From Reclinomonas americana ATCC 50394 (taxonomy: Eukaryota): 64,000 nucleotides of DNA. Under the pieces are notes generated by a model that searched no databases, was not told where the DNA came from, and saw only the letters and a program-made list of their open reading frames with translations. The stretch covers positions 62,001 through 126,000 of the forward strand of contig PS015134.1 in assembly GCA_048213135.1 (NCBI GenBank). The letters are read 5' to 3'. Both the position numbers and the translations under genes were made by a program. Of this stretch, positions 54,901 to 64,000 are shown piece after piece (position 1 is the first letter of the stretch; each line of letters opens with the position of its first letter).

Positions 54901-56070
54901 CCACTCAAGCAGGAGCGAGTGCCCAGTGAAACGGAACAGAGTACACAAGCTGCTGGAGAAGAACAGAAAGAGAGTTATGCGCATGGAGGTGAATGGGAAA
55001 CGGAACAGAGTGCACAAGCTGCTAGAGAGGAACAGCAAGAGAGTTATGCGCATGGAGGAGCGTGGGAAACGGAATAGAGTGCACACGCTGCTGGAGAAGA
55101 ACAGTTATGCGCATGGAGGTGAGTGGGAAACGGAACACAGAGTGCACAAGCTGCTAGAGAGGAACAGCAAGAGAGTTATGCGCATGGAGGAGCGTGGGAA
55201 ACGGAACAGAGTGCACAAACTGCTGGAGAAGAACAGCAATAAAGTTATGCGCACGGAGGTGAGTGAGAAACGGAACAGAGTGCACAAGCGACAGAGACGA
55301 ACAACAAGAGAGTTATGCGCGTGGGAGATGGAATAGAGTGCACAAGCTGCTGGAGAAAAACAAGAGAGTTATGCGCATGGAGGTGACTGGGAAACGGAAC
55401 ACAGAGCGCACAAGCCACTGGAGAAGAACAGCAAGAGAGTTATGCGCATGGTGGTAAGTGGGAAACGAAACAGAGTGCACAGACTGCTGGAGAAGAACAG
55501 CAAGAGAGTTATGCGCATGGAGGTGAGTGGAAAACGGAACAGAGGACACAAGCAACAGACAGAGGGCAGTGAGTGGAGAAGACAGAGGAGAATGCAGAGG
55601 GGGACGACTGTAAAGAGAAGAAACGAGAGTGGAGAAGCAAAACGCACTGATGGTGACGCGCTCCCGTTTCCTGCCTGTACATGAGGAGGCGACGAGTCCT
55701 CACTGGGCGCAGACGCAGGAGCAGCAGCTGATGTCTTGTGCTGCTGCTGTTGTTGTTGAGGAGACATAAAGGCAGAGGGAGCTTGTGAGGGCGGCGACCA
55801 CATCAGTGAGTCGGTGTCAGTGGGTGCGTCGGCACCACCCTGTAATGAGAGAGAGAGAGAGAGAGAAGAGGGGGAGTGAGTGAGTGAGTGAGTGAGTGAG
55901 TNNNNNNNNNNNNNNNNNNNNATCATCATGCAGCTGTGGATTAGTAAAGTTGTTGTTGTTGTTGTTGTTGTTGGAGAGAGCTTGCAATTGTGAAGCACTT
56001 GCAATCGCCAGTTGTCGAATTCGTCGGAATCTCTCTTGTGCAACGACTCCCCCCGCTTTGCGTGTTTCAC
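51907..56070 (-). CDS. Uncharacterised low-complexity, basic multi-exon protein (fragmented by gaps)
   Basis: Exons PTDTDSLMWSPPSQ.., KKASSSG..KWEDALHKLECMSEAIDRVKEAKLRREYDQ, GVFERLAAADLTKRQAELEKMREKWQPKLDFRPRLHK and terminal KEGDET..AAAAAQ*, with plausible splice sites. Confidence 0.55.
54930..55550. repeat. Intronic minisatellite, unit about 59-60 bp, about 10 copies
   Basis: gaaacggaacagagtgcacaagctgctggagaagaacagcaagagagttatgcgcatggagg repeated head to tail. Confidence 0.9.
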
Positions 56071-56337
56071 GGATCTGAACCCAACGTTGCATCATGCTTG
56101 CCTGGCTTTGGTCTTCAGCCAGCGCAGCACGCGTCTGCTTGTTCGAAGTTGACGTCGCAAAACGCTCCCGAACGCATCCAGGCTGCCATGCTTTGCGAGT
56201 GAGTCCTTCAGCTGCTTATTCCTGTTACCCCACCCTGCACACATTGGACCCGCATGCACATCGAGACTTCCTTCGACGTGCATGCATTGCATATGTCCCG
56301 TCTAGTATCAATCACTCGTCGAGCTCGATCGCAGCGC

Positions 56338-57686
56338 ATGAGTGCCGGCTGTGGCGCCTTCTGCCGGCGCAACTGTCAGAAGAAAGACCTCCTCCTCTTG
56401 TTTCGTGATCCCTCACGGATCTACCTCTCTCCCCCTCGCACTCTCACTCTCTCCTCTCAATCAGTTGGCTTCCACTATTCGTCGCACTGGCCATCTTCAT
56501 CGGCTTTGCCGCCTACTACACAACGTTACGTGCATCGCCTCTCTAACGCAGATAGACATGCACAATGCACTCATTGCATCATCAATCGTCATTCATCAGT
56601 CGCCTCGTTGAATCGCATCGCAATCCGACGTGGACCGTCACGCCCGACTATCTCGGCTCCAGTTCCCGTTCTCTCTCTCTCGCCCCTCCCCTCTCCCTCT
56701 CCCCCTCCTCTCACTCGCAGCAACACAGATGTCAACTTCCCGGGCATGGCAGCCTGCGTGTACGCCCCACTGTCCGTGGTCGATGCATCGCAGTTGCCGG
56801 CCCTGCAGTGCGTTCTGACACTGGAGAACGATCTGGGAGCGCAGTGCCCGCCCAACTTTGTGTTGCGTTGTCCACGATCCTGTCCGTTTCGTTGCTGCCC
56901 GTGGGCTGAGCGAGAGAGAGAGAGCACGCAGCTGGCCAAGTCAGAGCACCGCGGTGTATGTGGCGACCGTGTCGTACACGCCGGACTCTGGCGCCAACAT
57001 CTACTGCTGGATGCTGAACATGTTCTCGCCGCTCATCACGTTTGGCTTTGTCGGCCAATCGTCGCGATCGATTGTGCTCGGCTGGCTGCAGGATCCTTTG
57101 GTGAGGATCGATGTGTGATCGCATCTCTTTCCCCTCCCCTCTCACTCCTTTGACTCACAGCACATTATGGAAACCAGCCCACTGCTCATCTTCATGTTCA
57201 CACCGCGCGCCGGTCTCGATCCTGCAACAATGACGATTCCATTCACGCCAGTTGCGCTCTCCCACCCTTCTCTCTCTCTCTCNNNNNNNNNNNNNNNNNN
57301 NNNNNNNNNNNNNNNNNNNNNNNNNNNNNNNNNNNNNNNNNNNNNNNNNNNNNNNNNNNNNNNNNNNNNNNNNNNNNNNNNNNNNNNNNNNNNNNNNNNN
57401 NNNNNNNNNNNNNNNNNNNNNNNNNNNNNNNNNNNNNNNNNNNNNNNNNNNNNNNNNNNNNNNNNNNNNNNNNNNNNNNNNNNNNNNNNNNNNNNNNNNN
57501 NNNNNNNNNNNNNNNNNNNNNNNNNNNNNNNNNNNNNNNNNNNNNNNNNNNNNNNNNNNNNNNNNNNNNNNNNNNNNNNNNNNNNNNNNNNNNNNNNNNN
57601 NNNNNNNNNNNNNNNNNNNNNNNNNNNNNNNNNNNNNNNNNNNNNNNNNNNNNNNTACCGTACCGTACCGTCCGTCCGTCCTCCTC

Positions 57687-57746
<60 letters not shown>

Positions 57747-59924
57747 TCTTTGTTTCTCTCTCACACATTTCTCTCACACGTTCGTCTGTAGAACGCCTCC
57801 ACCATCCCCTTCTACGACTGGGGCTGGAAGACCCTCTTCCAGAACCCGCAGAGCCTCAATGTCGTCACCATCACCAACGGCGCCGACAGTCTGCTCAACA
57901 TTCGGCCAGAGCAGTACAACTTTGTGGACACTTCGCAGTCGTTCACTGGCTACCAGTTGCGCATTCGCTGCTCTCAGTCGTGCATCAAGAGCTTCGCAGT
58001 TCACCACCATTTCGTCGCAGGTGTCAAGTCAGCCAAGGGTTGCTCGGCGGTGCATTCGGTGAGAATGTTGCGGCGACCTTCCTTGTCGGCTCCAGCAGTC
58101 CAACGTACAACAAGTTGCGTGTGCGATTGCTGCGTAGTCATGTTGGTGTGCTGTTTTGTTCACGACGCGTGTGCATGTGCAGGTTTTCAGAGGCGTGTTT
58201 GGTGCTGCGTTCTCTCGTCGATGACTACTCGTGTGCTCACACTCTTCATTGCGCAGACGCCGATTACCGTCAGCGATTACTTTGGCTTCCTGGTTGGCAT
58301 TGCTGGTGGTGAGTCCCTGCACGGCGCATGCACTCTGAGAGGTGTCTGCTCTCCAGAGCTTGCTTCGCTGCTGTCAGTTCACTGCCGCGTTTGCTCCTCC
58401 TGATGTGTCGCTCTCTCACTCGTTCTTTCATTTTCTGTTTGTCTTCGCGAAATAGTGTTTCACTCTCGTGTAGTTGTGTCTCACGATGCCCTGCCGTAGT
58501 CATCTCACTCTGCTTCTCTCTCTCCTCTTCTGTCTGATTCATCGTGTCGGAATGTCTCTCAGTTGCTCGACTTCTGTCTCTCAGACTCGGGCGCTCTCTG
58601 TTCACTTTCTGTCGTCCTTCCATCTCCTCTCTTNNNNNNNNNNNNNNNNNNNNNNNNNNNNNNNNNNNNNNNNNNNNNNNNNNNNNNNNNNNNNNNNNNN
58701 NNNNNNNNNNNNNNNNNNNNNNNNNNNNNNNNNNNNNNNNNNNNNNNNNNNNNNNNNNNNNNNNNNNNNNNNNNNNNNNNNNNNNNNNNNNNNNNNNNNN
58801 NNNNNNNNNNNNNNNNNNNNNNNNNNNNNNNNNNNNNNNNNNNNNNNNNNNNNNNNNNNNNNNNNNNNNNNNNNNNNNNNNNNNNNNNNNNNNNNNNNNN
58901 NNNNNNNNNNNNNNNNNNNNNNNNNNNNNNNNNNNNNNNNNNNNNNNNNNNNNNNNNNNNNNNNNNNNNNNNNNNNNNNNNNNNNNNNNNNNNNNNNNNN
59001 NNNNNNNNNNNNNNNNNNNNNNNNNNNNNNNNNNNNNNNNNNNNNNNNNNNNNNNNNNNNNNNNNNNNNNNNNNNNNNNNNNNNNNNNNNNNNNNNNNNN
59101 NNNNNNNNNNNNNNNNNNNNNNNNNNNNNNNNNNNNNNNNNNNNNNNNNNNNNNNNNNNNNNNNNNNNNNNNNNNNNNNNNNNNNNNNNNNNNNNNNNNN
59201 NNNNNNNNNNNNNNNNNNNNNNNNTCTCTCTCTCCTCTTCTCGTCTCGTAGTTCTACTCGTCGTCGGTAGTAGTCTCTCACGTTGTCTCGTACTCTCGTC
59301 TCTCTAGACTCGGCGGCTCTCTGTTCTACTTTCTTCGTCGTCCTTCCTACTCTCCTCTCTCTCTCTCTCTCTCTCCACTGCAGCCCAATTGTTCTTACTC
59401 TTCTCCCTTGAACTCCCACGCTTCCCGTTTCGTATCCTCTCTTCTGTGTTCCATTCACTTGCTCATCCTCCTTTCCCCTAGTTTCTCTCTTAACCTGCGT
59501 CTGTTCGCTTTCGAACATCTCACGATTGTTTGCCCTGCTGTATCCGTCTCTCTATCTGCTTCTCTTCCTCCATCGTGTCGGAATATGTCGCTGCTGCTCG
59601 ACTTCTGTCTTTTCTTTGTGTCTCTGACTCGGTCGCTCTCTGTCTGCCTCTCTCTTCTTCGTGTTTTGTTCTTCGCTTTGTCCGTGTTTTCTTGCGCCTC
59701 AGCGCTCCCCGCCCTTCCCCTTATCAGGCTGCGGCTTCGCCTACCGCATGATGTACGTGTTCGGCAGCTGGCTCCTGCGCTCGAGCCGCCAGCACAAGAA
59801 GACCGACAACTCCTCCAGCGACACTCCGCAGACCGCCATCGAGCTGCGCGAACCGCTGATGGTGGACTCTGCGCGAAGATTACGAGGCGGCGAGACCGAT
59901 CAGCGATTCGTGGACGCCACATAG
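56338..59924 (+). CDS. Two-TM membrane protein with a large beta-rich ectodomain; DEG/ENaC- or PAC(TMEM206)-like channel candidate
   Basis: MSAGCGAFCRRNCQKKDLLLF|WLPLFVALAIFIGFAAYYT (TM1), then RLVESHRNPTWTVT..VNFPGMAAC, about 220 aa of ectodomain, TPITVSDYFGFLVGIAGG|CGFAYRMMYVFGSWLL (TM2) and a cytosolic tail ending FVDAT*. Confidence 0.7.
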
Positions 59925-60102
59925 ACTGGCGTCGCTGCAAGTGAACAGCCAAACACACTTCTCTCTCATCTGCGAACATAATTTAGCACTGCCATTCATT
60001 TCCTTCCCCGCGCACACGCAGCTTCACGACGCGCGCCACCTCTCACTTGCACTCCGCCAGTGTGGCTGGCAGTAGCACATAGAACAATCTACTTTTTTGA
60101 AA

Positions 60103-60163
60103 ATCTGAGACACACCCAAGACAGGAGCGAGTAATCTCCATCTTTGACGGGCGTGCTCGTCAC
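60103..60163 (-). promoter_or_regulatory. SECIS element (type II, GUGA core variant) in the 3' UTR of the selenoprotein gene
   Basis: Minus-strand sequence GTGAC gagcacgccc gtc AAA gatggag attactcg ctcctgtc tt gggtgtgtctc AGAT. It has a UGAC/AGAU quartet, a 10-bp helix II with one bulge, apical AAA and a mini-stem. Confidence 0.85.
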
Positions 60164-60257
60164 ACGATGAGCAGGTTGGCGCGCTCGCGAAACCGCGGCG
60201 CTGCAGGAAAAACAAGGAAAGATACAGCCCTCCGCGACGCGGAGACGCCGAGGCAAA

Positions 60258-61011
60258 TCACTTCATGCCCTCCGTCGTCGTGCCAGCCACTTGCTTGCGA
60301 GCCAGCATGACCACCTAGCACACACACAATCAGAGACTGACAAGGGAAAAGATAAATGGATAAGAGACGCAACTTCACCAGGCCGCGGCCACCGCCGCTG
60401 CTTCAGCTTGGAAAACAGCAGTGTGCCCGTGTCCACTCGACCCAAATACACCTCCAATGCACCCGACGGCGGGGACTCTGGGTTGCCTGTGCACGAGAAG
60501 AGGTAAGAATTACAGGGAGGGGCGATGTTGACTTTCTCTTTGAGGGCACGTCGCTCGCTCTGGTCTCACTGTGTCGCTCGCGGTATCGCTCGCTGTGCTC
60601 TCTCTCTCTGTGTGTCGTTCGCTGTGCTCTCGCTGTGTCGCTCTGCTCTCTCTCACTTTGTGTCTNNNNNNNNNNNNNNNNNNNNTCGCTCTGCTCTCTC
60701 TCGCTCTGCTCTCTCTCTCGCTCTGCTCTCTCGCTGTGTCGCTCGCTGTGCTCTGCTCTCTCTCTCTCTCTCTCGCTATACCTCTGTGTGTGTGTCGCTC
60801 GCTGTGCTCTCGCTGTGTCGCTCTGCTCTCTCTCTCTCTCGCGCTCTGCTCTCTCTCTCTCTCGCGCGCTCTGCTCTCTCTCGCGCTCTGCTCTCTCTCG
60901 CGCTCTGCTCTCTCGCGCTCTGCTCTCTCGCGCTCTGCTCTCTCGCGCACTGCACTCTCGCGCTCTGCTCTCTCGCGCTCTGCTCTCTCGCGCTCTGCTC
61001 TCTCACGCTCT

Positions 61012-61044
<33 letters not shown>

Positions 61045-61439
61045 TCTCTCTCTCCCTCCCCCCTCTCTCACTCCCTCCCTCTCCACCCTCCCTTCTCCCT
61101 TCCTCCCCTCCACCACACACACTCACCCACAACCACAGATCCCGGAAGCGCTTCCTTGAGCTCCTCAGCGAGCTCCTGGAAAGCGCCATAGTAACCTCAG
61201 GAAGCTATATCAAAACACACCAAATAATCAATCAATCAATCAATCTCTCCCCTCACTGTCACACAACAATAAACGCAACTACAGAAGAGAATGCTAAAGT
61301 ACTGTCCATTGCCTTGCGGCTGTTTACACAATCACACAGAGAGCAAGTGAGACAGACAAAAACGCGCGCGAATCTTCTTCTCTCACAGACACTCACTCAC
61401 CACAGAGTCGATCGCGTCACCCGATTGCCCGCTTCCCAT
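60258..61439 (-). CDS. Rdx-family (SelW/SelT/MIEN1-like) selenoprotein with CxxU motif
   Basis: Five exons give MGSGQSGDAIDSV|PQGNGQYFSILFCT|SUGYYGAFQELAEELKEALPGSVVVG|NPESPPSGALEVYLGRVDTGTLLFSKLKQRRWPRPGE|VVMLARKQVAGTTTEGMK*. In-frame TGA at 61197-61199, Rdx motifs GxxEV and FSK, and a SECIS about 95 nt after the stop. Confidence 0.9.
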
Positions 61440-61541
61440 GAGACCTACTCATACACACACACAGAGTAAGCTTGTGAGAGAACTCGGAGTCTCCACTCTC
61501 CGATCATAAGCGCACCTCTCTCGTGGCCTCTCGTGTGTCCT

Positions 61542-63128
61542 TCAACTCCACCAAAAGGACACTGAAAAGCTCACTTGCAGCGAGCGTACATAGTGCCAAT
61601 AGTGCGGCGGCATGTAGAGCATATCCCCACGCTCCAGCGTGCACTCCCAGAACGGCACGCCGGCAAAGAGGGGGAAGGCGACGTCGACGTCGGGGTTCGC
61701 GACGTCGATCAGGCTGGTGTTGTGCAGCATGCTGTCGGGGCGCGGGTACAGGCGCGTGGAATGTGCGGGTGAGTAGATGCGGATGAGCTTGCTGCCGACG
61801 GTTTGGCAGAGGAGGTTGTGGTGCGGGTCGTGGTGGAGGGGGGAGATGGTGCCGCGCGGTCCGAACCAGGCGTTGCGGGTGAAGACGGCACCGGTGCCGA
61901 GGGCGCGGCAGTAGGGCGGAGTGACGATGTCGTGCTGTAGTCGGGGGATCTGGTCGAAGAGCGTGTGCTGCGCGAGGTAGCCGCGTTCCTCGTTCGGGTG
62001 CAGCACGAAGCGATCGACAAAGTCGAGCAGCGGCATTAGTCGCTGCGACCAGCCCTCGGCGACGTAGTGTTGGCCGACCTCTGCGCAAAAAGGCGACAGT
62101 GGGCAAAGTGAATAGAAGGGCGGAGCGGCGGCTGCGAACAGACCAACGGGGACGGTGCGATGGCCGGCCACTCGTTTCAAGTACGCCATGTTGGCCCAGC
62201 TGTGGTCCGCCGACATGCACGGCCACTCCTGCAACGCTCGTGCACTATAAGCCATGATGCGCAGTGGGTGCCGGTGATGAGGCACGCCTCACCTGCATGC
62301 ATCCACGCAACAGCGCCGGTCGCATCGGTGTGAAACACTCCCTCTCAAACTCCTCCACCGACGGGCACTCCAACACCAGCAACTCCAATCGCTCCGATCC
62401 AGGCGGCACTGAGAGCTCCACCTCTTCGTCCATCACGAACGAGTGAGCATCCAGGCGCAGCGCAGAAGACGAGACAACTGCACACCATCGCGCTCCAGAC
62501 TGGCAATCTCTATATTGTCTTCTTCTCCCCCTTGCGCATCGTCCTCGCGATTCGTATCGCGCAGCTCCTCCACCAGCTCCAACAGCTCAAAGGCCTCCTC
62601 GCGAAACATATTCGCGCCCATGATCAGCGCCATGTCAATCGTCCGCGAGACCTCACACAATCGATGCGAGTTAAAGCGATGCAATCGACCTGTGCGCCAC
62701 GTGCTAAGAGACAGACTCGGAAAGATGAGAGGAGGAGATGTGAGGGAGAGAGAGAGACCTTGCTCCTCATCCATCAACAGCTCGATCTTGGCCAGTGCCA
62801 GCGAGGCTGCAGCATAGGCATCTCGCCAGGCGACATTGACACGATGCCACACTCCCACATGCAGCTGCTCCCAGGCAAGGATCTGTGCCTCCACTGCACA
62901 CTTGCGTGCTTCCCTCGATTGGCCACGACGGTCAGCGAGCAAAGAGTGCACGCGTTGCAGGAGTGACACGACGAGTGTGCCGTATGATTCCGGTGGTTGC
63001 AGTTGCGCGAGGAGTGTGTCCCATTGGTGCTGCAGCTCGTCAGAGACTGTGTCGGTGGTGGTGTGGTGTGGACGGTGGCCGGCTGGATGCAGCGTGAGGG
63101 TGCCGTGTGGGGTGTACTCCAGGTGCAT
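61542..63128 (-). CDS. KDM8: JmjC-domain hydroxylase JMJD5/KDM8
   Basis: AWEQLHVGVWHRVNVAWRDAY, IDMALIMG, GYLAQHTLFDQIPRL, NAWFGPRGTISPLHHDP (HxD) and GDMLYMPPHYWHYVRSL..SVSFWWS*. Confidence 0.92.
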
Positions 63129-64000
63129 TTCTTGAGAGGGACAAGTTGTCCCGATGATGGACGACGGAGGAGACGTCGCTGACACTGTCGAGGTGATGTA
63201 AGTGCGTGTAATCCATCATTGAACCGCGCTGTTGGCCCACACAGCCTGCCTGTGTTCGTCAAGATCTTGTCGGCGATCACTCATTGTTGTACATGTCAGT
63301 GAATGGTGATTGAGTGGACCTAGTCATCAAGACGATGCACAAGGTGTTGTCGTTGGCACGGCTGCAGAGCCGTAGCAGTTCCTCAGATCCAGAACGGGAC
63401 GAGCAGAAATGTTAAAGAACACCATGCCGGGTTAAGTAGCGTGCAGAATGGCAGAAGTCCACAGTCAGTGGGCGGAAAGCAGCAGCACAACAACTGTGAT
63501 CCAATGAAGTGCTCGCAAGACGCTGCAGAGGACCACGCCAGAGCTCTCCAGATCCGACATGAACAACAGAATAGTGCGCTTCCACCCGGTGCCCCTTATC
63601 AACAGCCGCGATCCAATAAAGACCGTGTACAGGAGTGACACAACTCGGCCCGGATCCAAATCCCGACAGAAATGTGCACAACGGCGAAGAAGACAAACGC
63701 AGTGGGCAGAGCACACCGGATCCAAGACGAAAACGTGCAAGACGGGAAAGATGACTCGGGCAGCGGGCAGGGCAACGCCGAGTCCGGATCAAAGAAAAAG
63801 AATGTTCAGCATCGCTGTCGTCACACCTTGAAAGCTCTCTCCCTTTCTGTGCCTCCCACCACTTGTCAACAGTGTATATACGTACATTCGCTGCTGCGCG
63901 CTGCAGCAGCATCCATTCAGAGTTTCTCGGTGTGAGCAGTGTGCTCACAACGGGTACTGCAGACAGCACAGATACAGAGTGAGCACACAATTGATCTAGA

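Noticed and set aside
54930-55550. Regular 60-bp repeat array resembling CRISPR
   Set aside because: The units are contiguous with no unique spacers, there are no cas genes, and the array lies in a eukaryotic intron; it is a minisatellite.
63412-63990. 192-aa minus-strand ORF at the window end
   Set aside because: No recognisable domain, and the coding strand could not be determined.

Overview
Gappy draft scaffold of an intron-rich, microsatellite-rich microbial eukaryote (lineage not determinable from this window). Most entries in the ORF track are repeat noise; the real genes were spliced by eye. About 19 protein genes and two identical tRNA-Gln(CUG) genes were recovered. They include a TMEM104-like transporter, an NHL/cadherin-like/PAN surface protein, TXNDC17, SSU72, a SYP7 SNARE, a kinesin-14, a DUF4097-like protein, JMJD5/KDM8 and an NIF-family pseudophosphatase. 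The most notable items are: (1) an NLR-like protein with architecture ubiquitin-like + HEPN(RxxxxH) + NACHT + pentapeptide + 10 WD40, near other intron-poor immune-type ORFs; (2) a hidden Rdx-family selenoprotein with an intron-split CxxU motif, an N-myristoylation motif and a GUGA-type SECIS; (3) a protein with three LysRS anticodon-binding OB folds and no visible catalytic domain; (4) a TFIIB-like protein with an apparent third cyclin repeat; (5) a PH-Rab fusion lacking a prenylation site; (6) a DEG/ENaC/PAC-like two-TM channel candidate; (7) a very common atypical splice donor class, GTTGCG, consistent with shifted U1 pairing. All exon boundaries and family calls are manual and need confirmation by RNA-seq and HMM searches.
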